In this document: piece by piece, positions 34,197 to 46,295 of the stretch | Position numbering within the stretch: position 1 is the first letter of the stretch | How the letters are laid out: each line of letters begins with the position of its first letter | DNA from: Minutocellus sp. GHC0000111 | Taxonomy: Eukaryota | Assembly: GCA_977018835.1 (NCBI GenBank) | Contig: OZ361261.1 | Location: forward strand, 62,001-126,000 | Direction: 5' to 3' | Length of the DNA stretch: 64,000 nt | Notes under the pieces: generated by a model | What the model was told of the DNA's origin: nothing | Seen by the model: the letters and a program-made list of their open reading frames with translations, nothing else | The model's database searches: none | Made by a program: the position numbers and the translations under genes

Positions 34197-34611
34197 TCCT
34201 GCGGTGCTTTTAAGTTATGTTATGTTTAAAATAATACTAGATTATTTAGATTCGAGCTATATTTGTGCTACTACACACACATGCCGTACATGCATGTGTA
34301 GTGCTCTCTTGTCAGTTTTGATGGTTCCGGCTTTAAATGCATGTGTCCGTGTCCGGGTTGCGGGCCCAAAAATCGACATTTTTTGGTCCCGGCCCTGCGC
34401 TCGATTTCTCGCGAAACGGACTTCGTAGTTGTGTTACCATGTAGCAGCAGCAGCGCTGTAGCAGCAGCAGCGCGGCGGCGTCCAGCCGCGCGGGAAGGCA
34501 TATCTTTACATTTCCCTCATTCCCCCAACCTGCTTTCATTTCAGCTACATGTAAAAGCACGCCTTCAGCTTCTCGAACCCGAGCAGATTTTGAATTGTAG
34601 AAACGACAAAG

Positions 34612-36963
34612 ATGAGCATTTCCCGCCGATCTTTCTTCGTCCACACTGTCGTCGCCTTGGTTGTCATGGCGGCAAATGCAGAGGCTGGCGAGGTCGACAT
34701 CGTCCTGGCGTCCCTCACGCCCGCCCCGACGTCGGAAAAGAGATATGGACGACTTCCCATGGCGCGATCATTCGTTCAAGTGGACAGCGACGGAACGCAG
34801 ATGCCGACATCATCGGCACTGACTTCTGCGCCAACGTCCGGGGCTACGTACGTCCCAACCTTCCAACCGACGACGATCGAGGTGAACATCGTTTCGCCGC
34901 GTCATCTCCAGGAGGAGCGCAAGTGCCCCTGTCCGACCAGAGCTCCGACGACGAAGAAGCCGACTACGACTCCGGCTCCTGTCCAGTTCATTTCGCCACG
35001 GGCCCCGCCGACAGACAAGCCATCCCAGAAGCCTTCGGTCGGTCCATCTGGTCGGCCGTCAAAGTCCCCCTCAACATCGCCCTCGATAGCACCAAGCGTA
35101 TCACCCAGCGTGTCACCCAGCGTATCACAGAAGCCAACCCCACTGGACCGCACGGATGCTCCGAGTGGGAGCCCATCTGTATCGTCAATGCCCTCCAGCG
35201 GACCAAGTCCCAGTCCCTCCGTATCTCATGAGCCTTCGAACGCACCAAGCACGAGCCCCACAGTGTCATCGGAGCCCTCCAGCGATCCAAGCAGTAGGCC
35301 ATCGGTATCGCCAAAGCCGAGCATATCCGGATCATATCCCCCGAGCGTATCATCGATGCCATCGAGTGGTCCGAGTCCCAGTCCCTCCGTATCTCACGAG
35401 CCTTCGAACGCACCAAGCATGAGCCCAACCGTGTCATCGATGCCATCGAGCACTCCAAGTCAACAACCATTGGTCTCTTTGGAACCATCTGACTTGCCCA
35501 GCGCAACACCGACCAAGTCACCACAGCCTTCGAACTCGCCCAGTGCCAGTCCATCTATGAGCTCCATGCCGTCGGATGTACCGAGTTCTAAACCATCTGT
35601 GAGCTGGATGCCGTCCTCTTCACCATCTGTGTTTGAGTGTCCCGAGGATACTACCAGTGACAAGGACCAGGGCATCATCAACGGTACCGATGTCCATGGC
35701 ACTGTTTTCCCTCAAAATATCGAATTCAATTTGGTGACGAGCAACACAACCGCATACGGGAAGGCATGCGTCGATGGTATGATTGGTATCAGCCCTCCAT
35801 TCAACTTTCTGTTTGTCATTGATGTGAGTGCAAGCACAAGATATTCGTTTGGCGGGACAGCGGTTGGTGACATTAATGGGGATGGAAGGAATAACACGAT
35901 CCTAGGTGAGCCCAAATTATCGCTTGTGTTTGCTCGTTCTGCTTTTATATACTTCCCATACATTCTATTCTATTCTATTAGACTACCAAACTTTATACGG
36001 GCATGAGAAGAAGACGAGTCTGGCTTCCCATATACTTCCCGTACATGTAACGTTACGCTCACACACACACAATCTTTCTCATCCGGTTTCTCTTTCTCTT
36101 TTATACATGTAGATGCCGAACTCGATTCTGTCATTAAAGCCATTCAAGGCTTCGTGGATGCGCCAACTTTGACGAATAAAAATGTAGACATAGGCATCGT
36201 GACATTCTCTGATTCGGCAGACTACAAAGGACATTGGCCCCCTGCCAATCCAAACGATTCTAAAGAAATCAATCCTGCACTTTTGTCCATGCTCAAGACC
36301 CTTGAGCCACGTGGGACTACCCATTTCGACGAAGCCCTCGACGAGTCAATCCAATATTTTGCTAATGATGCACCTGCTGTTGGAACCCGCACAAATATAA
36401 TGTATTTCCTGTCAGACGGCAAACCAAATAACTGTGGCGACGATGATCCGGGAACGGAAGAAGATGACTGCGAGGGCGAAGCTGAGGAAAATGATCCGGG
36501 CGCTATAGTCTTTGATTCGGAGCTAAGTAAGCTGAGGGAATATTCCGTATCAATCCACGCCATCGGGGTTGGCACAAGCAGCGATATCTCTCAAGGTTCT
36601 GGCCTAGCCAAACTTGACACTACCGAGAATCCTCGAACTGGGGTGAACGTGACGCAAGTAACCACTACGGATGAGCTAAGTGCTCTCATTTTACAGAGTC
36701 CAGTCTTCTCCGACGTATTGGAGCTCGAAGTCAAGCTGAACGGGATTGCACTTCCACTCGTCAATGCATCCCATGTCAGATCAACTCCAACTGGCTATGC
36801 TTTCGGGACGACCATCACAGGGTTGGATCCTACCAAAGATGCCCAAAACATTGTCACAGCTACTGTTCTGCTTGATGTTGATGGGAAAACTACAACAACG
36901 GATGATCAGCTCAGCCTTAGCACATCAACCACTATATTAGGAACAGCGGCATCTTCTTTTTAG
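34612..36963 (+). CDS. Secreted Pro/Ser/Thr-repeat (mucin-like) protein with a von Willebrand A domain; 2 exons
   Basis: Signal peptide, PSxxPS repeats, MIDAS motif FVIDVSAS, GTTHFDEAL, YFLSDGKPN, IHAIGVG; intron about 35906-36112. Confidence 0.85.
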
Positions 36964-37072
36964 GTGAAATAATACATACATGTATAGAGAATTCATTCAT
37001 TCATCATCATCATCATCGTGATATTGTTACATTTATTCCTTATGCATACCTAAGAGTTTCTGCTACTTTTTT

Positions 37073-38396
37073 TCAGTACAGACAAGGATCAAGATTGCTG
37101 TGCGCATCGCCCTGACAGACCGCCCGTCCGCAGGCATCGAGGCCGCCTCCCTTGCAGTAGGAATTGCCACCAAAGTAGGCCGTACAAAAATCCGTCGACA
37201 ACGACGCATCGGTGCAACCACCAGCTCGATAAGTATCGATCGGTGCAAACCCGCTCATCGTCGGAGACGTAACGGGAGAAGATGTCGGCGAAGGAGTTGT
37301 GACTTCGGTCGGACACGGCAAAAGAAAATCTCCGCCTTGACAAACAGATCTGTTGCATTCGTCCTGATTCCAATGTTTGCAATAGGAAGACGTTCCAAGG
37401 TAGGATTGACAAAACTTGTCTGGTTCGGCAAAGTGAGTGCATCCAGTTGTCTGATATGTCTGCATATCTTCAAGATTCGTGGTAGGGGGGTACGTTTGCG
37501 GGGGGCTTGTGTAAGATGGAGAGGTCAGTTCTTTCGTTGGAATGCCTGTTGGGGCTTTCGTGGGAGTCGCAGAGGGCTGCGAGGTCGGAACCCCATCCGA
37601 GGCTGGTAGAACGTCAATGTCGGAACATGACGAGTACCAGAACTCGGTGAAATCCCAATACCACAACAGAGTGTACCTTTCAGGCGCCGTGTCGGCGGGG
37701 ATTGTGATGGTGTGCTCCGTCTTCACAAATCCCTGCGCATTCGTGTACCAATACGGCACGCACTCGCCACCGGGTATGGCAACAAAGGAAGCAAACTCGG
37801 GATCGGACTCGTACGGGGCCAGCATCATCTTGACGCACGTGCCATCGCTCTGGCCGTTGGCGGCGTGGCCATTGCCCATCCAGCTTAGATAGAGACCATC
37901 GCCGGCACGAACGCTGGCCCGGGGACTGCTCTCAACTCCCGCCCGGCATGGCCGTAGGGCGTCTTCCGTCAGAACTATTCCATGCTTGGGATCTGGTTGG
38001 CTGCATTTTACAGCAGAAATGTTGCAGTAAGATGAAGAAATGTAATGAGAGGGCATCGCACATGAGAGTGTAAAAAGTTACTACATAGCAGATTTTGGCA
38101 ATCCGGACATCGGCGTTGCGCATACAAATATGTGAGCACCATACAGAAATGTAGGGCACATGTCATCATGTCCGGTTTAGGTTACTTTGATTGAAAAAAG
38201 TTTTGACAATGGATGCCAATCGCACAGTCCAACTTACCAATCCGCCAGCAAGTCGAGGGGACAGAAGTAACGCTGGAGGGTCAGGTCGTCCCTGGATTTG
38301 CCACCTTCAAGTCCTACTTTGACGACCCAAGAATGAGGCGAGAACGCAAAGGACGACGAAGAAGAGGAGGCGATGAAGATGAAATTTTTGGCGCAT
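37073..38396 (-). CDS. LPMO-like secreted protein (N-terminal His) with two Cys-rich C-terminal modules; 1-nt frameshift after the signal peptide
   Basis: MRQKFHLHRLLFFVVLCVLA, one extra base, then HSWVVKVG...RYFCP; intron 38001-38237; PRASVRAGDGLYLSWMGNGH; YTLLWYWDF..WYSSCSDI; PT linker; two C-x9/10-C-x9-C-x7-C-x4-CQG modules. Confidence 0.65.
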
Positions 38397-38838
38397 TGTT
38401 TTTATATCAATGAGCGCATACGGTGCAAATCATCAAGAGCGGGACGCATTTCTGTGCTGTTTTTGGTATTGCCATACCGGAAGTCAAGTTGGTTCGAGGG
38501 CAGATGACTGCACTGCCGCGGCATTTGGCAAGGCAGAATGACAGTTTTGATCACCTCATTTTTCCGCCGTCCGAAGTTTGACTTCACGTACGTATGTCAA
38601 GTACGTAGCTACGTAGCTCTAGGCGTAGGCGGATGACGGACAGGACGGCTGGACGGCTGCTGCGCTGCGGACGCGCGGCTGGACCCGGCTAGATTATGGA
38701 CGCGGCTGGACGAGTACGAGTAGGAGGTAACCGGCAATTGATGTTGTAGCTGTAACAAACTGTGAGCAAGACGCATTGCTTGCTCTTTGTTTTTTCATCG
38801 CTTATTCTCTGGGACTTCGAATTTCGGGAGCAGAAACT

Positions 38839-39747
38839 ATGTCAGGGTCGGCGGCGGCGTCAGCGATGACGACGGACGGAGCTCTCGCCAGCAGCATCGC
38901 CGTCATGTCCTCCTCGGGGAGGAAGAGGCCAATGCGCTCCACACCTTCTGTCACCGGCGATGCATTCACGCGGTACAGAGATGTCAATGGGGAAGATGAA
39001 CTTGGCATGGGTGGACCTGGGGATGATTCGCCGTGCAAGAAGCCACGGTATCCGTCCTCGCCCGACGACTGCGATTACAGCGTGACGACTGTGGAGGCGT
39101 TGCCGGCAGCTGACTCTCCATCGGTCAACACAGGTGCCGGAGATTCTAGATGCGATATTCCTGATAATGCTGGTCAACTTGGTGCAAGTGTATCTTTTGT
39201 GCAAGCCTCATCGGACAGTGTGCACATGGATGGGAATGATGCAGCAATACCAGCCGCGGCCTCGGCCGGTTCTGGCGCACCATCGGTCGATACCAGTGCA
39301 GTCAACCACGCGGCAGAGGTAGCAGGCAACCACGCGGCAGAGGTAGCGGCAAGTCGCCTTGAATCGCAGATCGATGATCTAACGTCCGACTTGGGTGGTT
39401 GGTGCCTCACCGATCTCAAGAGTTGGAGACGGCGGAGAGCAGCCGTGGCAGCAGCGGCGGCTTCGGCATCTGTAGTGGTTGCCGAGAGCAAGTCAAAAAA
39501 GGAGGGGAATGATAGCTGCAATGTTACCGAAAACGATATGAATTTGATGGAAAGTCAAATGGCATCCAAAGGGCCGCATGTGTCGCCGAGGAAGAAGGAT
39601 GCGCCTGGTGGTAGTCCCAGTAGGTCACCCTCGGTGGTACCGAATTCGCCCCCGGAGAAGGAATTTCTACGTCAGCGGAGGCGGGAGGCCAGGAAGTCGA
39701 TGCTACGAGGGATAGCTAGTAGCGGCCGACGAAAGCTAGAGGTATGA
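38839..39747 (+). CDS. Hypothetical low-complexity protein
   Basis: About 300-aa Ser/Ala-rich ORF from MSGSAAAS with basic clusters and an internal NHAAEVA duplication; no recognisable domain. Confidence 0.5.
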   Translation: MSGSAAASAMTTDGALASSIAVMSSSGRKRPMRSTPSVTGDAFTRYRDVNGEDELGMGGPGDDSPCKKPRYPSSPDDCDYSVTTVEALPAADSPSVNTGAGDSRCDIPDNAGQLGASVSFVQASSDSVHMDGNDAAIPAAASAGSGAPSVDTSAVNHAAEVAGNHAAEVAASRLESQIDDLTSDLGGWCLTDLKSWRRRRAAVAAAAASASVVVAESKSKKEGNDSCNVTENDMNLMESQMASKGPHVSPRKKDAPGGSPSRSPSVVPNSPPEKEFLRQRRREARKSMLRGIASSGRRKLEV

Positions 39748-39897
39748 CATTCTTCTCCTAAGCGTTGGCATTGGTCAAAGCAGCGAATCGTAGATCTGCT
39801 GTCACTATTGCGCTTGCATGGTGAAAGGACATCACATGTTTACATAGTTACCATGTAAAAACCTCATCTCATAGTTTCTCTGATGAGCAATAGATAG

Positions 39898-41809
39898 CTA
39901 GATCGGAAGACCGGTATCCACCAAATCTTCGCCTGAAATCATTTCATCAATCACTTGGCCCAAATCTTCGATGGCCATTACTTCGTCCATCACCTCATCA
40001 AATGAATCTCGTCTACTTGGTGCCTCGGCGGCACCTGAGCCTTGCTCGTCAGGGTCTCGGCGTTTCCTTTTGCCGTCGCCGTCGGACGATGTTTCTCCTG
40101 ATGCGTCGTTTCTGGCATCGCTCCCCACATCCCACATGTGATGCTGGCATTGTTGGGTTATAACAACTAACTATACCAGATGGCTTGGTTTCGTCGGTGG
40201 CCTCTCGCTCTTCCTTGATCCACCTCTTGGCATTGCGAAGGCGCCGGCCGAGATTGTCCAGCCTCTGCTTGAGGGTGATGCCGTCAGCGTCCTTGGTGTC
40301 CCGTGCGCTCGCCATCCCCAATTCCTCGCGGGATAGAGGTGAAAAATCGAATCCGTTCTGAAGAAGGGCGTCAAGATGAGGTAGGTCCGGATCTCTCAGG
40401 CAGGTAATGAGAGTTTGATTCATTCTCGGGTCGCCCCTTTGGCCTCTCGCCCTCTTTTTGTGCACCACGTGCTTTTCGTACAGTTCAGCATCCGTAAGGT
40501 TGGAAAAACGCTGGTCCTTTGGCGGGGAAGTGATACTACCATCAAATTGATCTTGATCTTGCTTTTGAGTCACTCCCACAGTCAGAGAAGGGGATGCAAC
40601 CCCTTGCTCTGATCTCAGCAAAGCGCCGCCCCCGTGTTTGGTCGGTGTTTCTGTCTCAAGTGCCAGCCGATTCGCCATCCACGATATGGTATCGACGACT
40701 AGCTGTCCGCCAAGGTCGGTCGGTACCCTATCCGGGGGCAGGCAATATCCGGAAAGGCTCAACAATACCTCATTCGTTGTGCCATAGTGAAGAGTTGAAC
40801 GCAGCCGTATGGCCTTGGGAGTAAGACGTTTCATCACGGGAAATATAATGTGATTGACGATAGCGCTCGGATAGCATGCGTGAATGGCCTTGAATGAGAT
40901 GGGCATGGCCGAGATGAGGTCCATTAGACCGAAAAAGGCACCCTTGCACGTTTGTTTCCGACTGAAGCCACGGACGTCCACCATGATGACCACCCCGTGC
41001 TTCCTGCGGTTGGGATCTTCCATGATCGTTTCGATGAGATACCACAGCCACGACAGTTCGTCATAAAATGTATGTTCCGCATAATTCTTTCGAGCGGGAC
41101 AGTAGAGGATGACGGACCTCCCCGATGTGTCTGGTTGGGCCAATAGCTGGAATACTTTTCGATTGGCTAATTGCATGGCACCAGCAGGTGTCAAGGCACC
41201 CGCCTGAGTCATGGGAAGATATGCCGCGTTCATTGTTTTGGTATCGTCGTTGTCTCCTGAGCCGTTGGTTACATTGTTGAAAATATACTCCCGCACTTTC
41301 CAATATTTGGCCAGCTGCGTTGCCACCGCTCGAAAGTACGTGCCCATCTTGTTTTCCCTGTCGGGTTCTTCTTGCTCCGTTGCATAATCCAAAAACATTT
41401 GCAAGCGACATGGATCAAGAACTTGGTCGGGACATAATTGCAGCGCTTTGTTATATGCTTCGGTTTCTGATTGTGGAAGACTTCCCATCGCCTTGGCGAT
41501 TTCCATCATTTGCGCTTGATCGACTGGGCTGGCACTGCTATTGCTTCGGGAAATATGCAACCCGCTCATGGAGTTGCCGAGACCGATCAAGTCGGCCTGA
41601 ACGGAGGCAATCTCTCTAGCGCTGAGGGAATGGATTTCTCTCATCTCCTCTTCGGCTGTAAGGCCCTGTACGCCTTGGTCGAGGGCATCGTCGCTGTTGT
41701 GTCCATTATTAATGCTGGGGCTTGCAGACATTGACATTGGCCTGGGATCTACTTGCTCAGCTGCTGCTGCAGGACTTATTGCTGCAGGCAGCGGCGGGTT
41801 GCGGTCCAT
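39898..41809 (-). CDS. CRAL-TRIO/SEC14-like domain protein with a C-terminal DPRM...GFDF domain
   Basis: LAKYWKVREYIF, DTSGRSVI, GVVIMVD, MPISFKAIH, LPPDRVPTDLGG. The listed ORF ends at 40049, but a likely 4-bp duplication near 40165-40172 shifts away a more plausible tail ending at 39898. Confidence 0.75.
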
Positions 41810-42091
41810 TATTTGTAATTTGTGTGTGCAAACACGTACGTGTAGGAATTCTCTGGCGCTCGAATTTTGAATTACGCAAATTATGAATGCCGCCTGAATG
41901 AAGTATTATGCTACTCTGCTATTGATCTTACAAGCACATCGAAGAAATGCGATGCAAGGCAGGATTGAGCGCTAGCTAGGACAATTAATTGCCCACAGAC
42001 ACCAATTGCTGACCCGCACGAGCACACAGATCCCATCTCCGTTGCTATTACGCTGACTGTCCAGTTTTTGTCCGAAACGGCCGCCACTTCG

Positions 42092-42168
42092 CCGACAAAG
42101 CAATTTCTTTCTTACATCAAACAGATTAACTGCCCCGACACAGCAATTTCTTTCTTACATCAAACAGA
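42092..42168. repeat. 34-bp direct repeat in the Lhc / CRAL-TRIO divergent promoter region
   Basis: ccgaca(a/c)agcaatttctttcttacatcaaacaga at 42092-42125 and 42135-42168. Confidence 0.9.
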
Positions 42169-42316
42169 ATTTTGAGCTTTTGATTGAACTGCAAGCCGGA
42201 AAGATCGTCGGAAACTCAACAAAACTCAGTTCACCAGGCGACTTTGAATTGAGAACAATTCCCCAGCCCGTCATTTGTACGTAGCAACTCCAAAACAAGA
42301 ACAAACCACACCAAAG

Positions 42317-43126
42317 ATGAAGACCGCCCTCGTATTCTCCGCCATCGTAGCAGGCTGCACAGCCTTTGCCCCCTCTGCTAGCACTGCCGCTCGCTCCTCT
42401 GCCACCGCCCTCGCCGGCGATCTGAGCGGCGAGATCGGCGCCCAGGCCCCCCTCGGCTTCTGGGATCCCCTCGACATGACCAACGGCGGGGAGAAGGACA
42501 CGTTCGATGCTCTTCGGGAAATCGAGCTGAAGCACGGCCGTGTGGCCATGCTTGCTGTTGTGGGTGAGTTTCTATTTTTGTGCCCTCCCTGCATATGATA
42601 ATATGCGATGTGCCTACTTTGATCGCAAGAAAGAACGAAAGTAGAACGACTTGAAGAAGGAATGATCGGCGAATAAGAACATTTATCGACTTGCAGACTT
42701 TCAACCTCTTTTCGATATGCGTTTTGCCAGACTATTCCCTTCTAACATTCAATCCATCTATATTTTTATCTCTTCTTTTCATGATAATTTCAACAAACAG
42801 GATACCTCACCACATATGCCGGCAACCGCTTCCCCGGTGCCGAGGGCCTCTCGGCCCTGTGGAACATGAGCCTCGACGACTACCTTTGGATCTTTGGTAC
42901 CTGCGCCGTCCTCGAGATCTGCATGTCGGACCGGACCGGCAATTCCGAGTTTGCCGGTGATTGGCGCAACGGATTCGACTTTGGCTGGGAAAAGCAGAGC
43001 GAGGATTGGAAGACCAAGAAGCGCACCATCGAGCTCAACCAGGGCCGCGCGGCGCAGATGGGCATTCTGGGACTGATGATTCACGACTCTATGGGCAACT
43101 TGAACGAAATCCTCCCTACGCCGTAA
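42317..43126 (+). CDS. Fucoxanthin-chlorophyll a/c light-harvesting protein (Lhcf/FCP); 2 exons
   Basis: Bipartite presequence with AFAP, GAQAPLGFWDPL, REIELKHGRVAMLA, ELNQGRAAQMG; intron 42564-42800. Confidence 0.96.
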
Positions 43127-43359
43127 GTTTACATGCGTAAATCGTACATGGAGTACCATGGTTCGTGCTGCGAAGTAGATCTACATATTCAGTTGGTTTG
43201 CGTCGTAAATATAACGCAAGTCAAATATAGATATAGATATGCAGCCTAATCGCATTGGGCCCAATGGTCAATTTGAATACCATTGCGTGCAGATGCATTA
43301 AAACACAAGCACCATCGCAAAGTTACAGACACGGTAGTGCTCGATTATGAAGATATTCC

Positions 43360-44070
43360 TTACATTCCAGCAGCTGCTGCACCACCACCGGCCTGTTGGT
43401 TGGCATTGATGAGCAATATGACCAAGGAGCATATCGCCATGAGATCGCACCCCTTTCCAACTTCAATCTTGCCCTTGCTTCCAATTGTGTTTGCCTGCTG
43501 ACCCTTTGCCACGGCACCACCTCCGCCATTACTTCCGCTCTGCTCAATGACGCATCGAAATTTGATCATCCCCATCTTTTGTATCTTGTAGACTTCCTTC
43601 AGACCCGCTGGCGTTTGGACACAGTATGTAGCCGACGAGACGCCATTTATGGATATTTCGGCATATGGGTACAGCGTGGAACCCTCGTCCTTGATCTTGG
43701 CCAGCGTGGGATCGTCGCACGGTTTCTGGTCTCGATATGCTGGTTCGGTTCGATAAAAGGTGAATGTAGCCCCACCCAGCTTTCGATGAGTGCAGACAAT
43801 GGTTGCCAAAGTCTCTTTGGTATCTCCAGATCCGTTGTTAAATTGATACTTCTCAGGATTCATGCGCTGGGTCTGCTCGAAGCTAACTTCCGTCGTGAAG
43901 TTGGAGGTGGAAGCAAAGATCCAATTTTGCAGAGTGACGGCCTGCTTCTTGGCCTCGAAGGCCTGGGCGCATGTGGAGGGAACAAGCGCGCCTGGGATGC
44001 CATCGGTGGAATGAACCGTCGCATCTGAGAGAACGACAGCATCGTACTTCTTGCTGGCACCGTTGCCCAT
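43360..44070 (-). CDS. Putative N-myristoylated Tubby-C/LURP1 scramblase-like protein
   Basis: MGNGASKK start; beta-rich body ending in IEVGKGCDLMAICSLVIL, a central helix typical of that fold. Confidence 0.55.
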   Translation of the reverse strand: MGNGASKKYDAVVLSDATVHSTDGIPGALVPSTCAQAFEAKKQAVTLQNWIFASTSNFTTEVSFEQTQRMNPEKYQFNNGSGDTKETLATIVCTHRKLGGATFTFYRTEPAYRDQKPCDDPTLAKIKDEGSTLYPYAEISINGVSSATYCVQTPAGLKEVYKIQKMGMIKFRCVIEQSGSNGGGGAVAKGQQANTIGSKGKIEVGKGCDLMAICSLVILLINANQQAGGGAAAAGM

Positions 44071-44729
44071 GATTGCCCGGGTGAATAAAGCTCGTCAATG
44101 TGAAATAAAGTGTATTGTTCTCGAAGGGCGTCAGTGAGGAAGTTCCTACTTTCACTCAGCACCGCAATTCCCACACTTGAATTCCTAGCGTTTGGATATT
44201 TGGTGTATGCACCTTGCTTTTGCCGATGTGTCGGTGAATGGCTCTGTATTGCCGAGTACGATTCGTATTAGTGTATTTCCTCGCCAACCAGTCGATGGAT
44301 GCTGCTGTGCGTGCGTGCTGTGTATCTTGCAATCTTTCTCGTCTGGACTCCGAACGGACGGACGACAGACAGATCCAAAACAGGCGAGCCGCACGGATGC
44401 ACGGATCTTGATTGTGGATGGATTGGTGGCACCATGCAAATGATTACCGGTACAAGTGCATATCTCTGATACTGGCATCTATTTGGCGAAAGTATATACA
44501 TTTGTTTACCACTAGCTACGTAGCTAGATTGACTCTGTTTTATCGCCATCGTCATCGTCATCGCAATCATTTGTTTTCCGTGAGTCTCCACCAGCTTCGC
44601 TCGCAGGAACATTCGTATGAAAGCCCAAAGCCGAAGTCGATGCCGACGGCGATGTTGCAGCAGCAGCCGCTGCCATCATGGAATAAAAGGCCATGCTTGC
44701 GCCTGCCATTGCCATTTGTGTGTAATCGT

Positions 44730-45626
44730 TCATTGTGGGTTGATTATTCGGTTCAACTCGAGGCAATCTGATCCTTCGCCCCTCTCCGTTTGCCCGAAGA
44801 TCCTCGGCTGCTTGCTTCGCTGCCGCGGCGGCCGCTGCCGCTGGTTTTGAAAGGGGCATTGACACTGGCACGGGCACGGGCACGGGCACGGCAACATGAA
44901 TGGCGCCTGCATTGGACCTGCTTTGAGTTTGGATTCTAAATCCTTGTAATAGAGCTGATCAATCTCAGACAGGTTTTGTCCCATGGCCTCCTTCATGAGG
45001 AGCTCGTGCTGATATCCTCGCATGCTACGCCTCTTCTGCTTTGGGAGATTGTTGCATGCACTCTCTTTATGATGCTGATCGAGGTTTAGCGATTTGGCCA
45101 TCTCGTCGACTTGCTCGGCGGTCGCCTCCTTCGCACTGGCTATCTTCATAACAAGTTCATGCCGCGACTTGAACTTGCTGGATATCACCCGATGTGTGCA
45201 CTTCTGCTTCTGGTTATTTGTGCTTTCTGCTGCCGCCGATTTTGTTTCTTTGCTTCTGGGATTAGCCTTGGCTGAGGATCGCGGCTGGGATTCTTGCTTT
45301 TGACTTTCGGCGCCCTCCGCTGTCTGCTTATGCTTCCTCTTCTTACTGTTGCTTTGACTCACTGCTTTCTCCCTTGTGCCGGTATCGAAGCGTTGCTTCG
45401 GTGATTTGCCACGCGGGCGCTTTGCCGAGGGTGGCATAGCCGAAACGACCTGATCAGGTATATCTTCGGGGCCTGCAGGTGCAGAAACGGCTGGAGTGCT
45501 GGAAACAACCTCATCCGGAACCGTCGCTGCCGCCGAGCATGCAATCATTTCTGCGGCCGCTGGCGCCGGCACCCGTATGATCTTGGGCCGGCGCCTTGGC
45601 TTCAAAGTTGGCATGATATATTTCAA
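44730..45626 (-). CDS. Hypothetical Lys/Pro-rich protein (C-terminus may continue in the frame ending at 44524)
   Basis: 298-aa ORF; the (cccgtg)n repeat near 44870 may be a frameshift site. Confidence 0.45.
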   Translation of the reverse strand: MKYIMPTLKPRRRPKIIRVPAPAAAEMIACSAAATVPDEVVSSTPAVSAPAGPEDIPDQVVSAMPPSAKRPRGKSPKQRFDTGTREKAVSQSNSKKRKHKQTAEGAESQKQESQPRSSAKANPRSKETKSAAAESTNNQKQKCTHRVISSKFKSRHELVMKIASAKEATAEQVDEMAKSLNLDQHHKESACNNLPKQKRRSMRGYQHELLMKEAMGQNLSEIDQLYYKDLESKLKAGPMQAPFMLPCPCPCPCQCQCPFQNQRQRPPRQRSKQPRIFGQTERGEGSDCLELNRIINPQ

Positions 45627-46295
45627 GTGTACTAATGTTGCGCGAGTGCGAAAGTTGCGAATATCAGTGCATTCGCATCAACTTCCGTCGTATCGCCTTC
45701 AGTCAGCACTTATACTTGAGGCAAAACAGCTTGCTCATTTTCGTGTGACGGACAGACCTCTCAAAAAATTTTACCAACCGAAAGTACCAATGTCCCCCAA
45801 CGCATGTCGTGCTGGTTTTTGCTTGTCTGCGAAGCGTAAGCGGCACAACATGTGTCTCCGACTGCCTTGGCGGTATCCCACCACCGACTCGACGGCGCAT
45901 GTCGTGCGTTGGGCAGGAATCAAAGCCGTTCGGGAAGCAGGAGTGGCCGCACCTTCGTCCATCTGGAGCAGCAGCAGGCAGAATTGCAGCACCGCCCTTC
46001 CATTCGGAGCCGACCTTCCTTCTTTCTTGGCAAGAGCAACAGAGAGCCGATCGGCACATCTCGAGCTTGCAGGAACTTGGCCAGCGGCAGCTACTTTTGG
46101 CGCCTTCTGCGAGAGCCGATACCAGTACAGCAGCAACGAGGAGATTCCGACCGCACCGCACCTCCTTCGGCCACGACAGCTAGCCAGCCTGCAAGTAAAT
46201 CCCGTGACCACCTCGAACTCGACTCGACTCCCGGCTTCGACTCCTCCCTCTCGACTTCTCCTTCTTCTTTCGCAACCGCAAGCAGCAAACCAACA

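Larger units (their letters stand above)
32087..34425 (+). mobile_element. Tc1/mariner element A (DD39D/DD38D), 2.34 kb, both TIRs present
   Basis: 29-bp TIRs cgaggtcagattcgcgagaaatcgagcgc / gcgctcgatttctcgcgaaacggacttcg (3 mismatches) with TA at 32085-86 and 34426-27. Confidence 0.93.
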
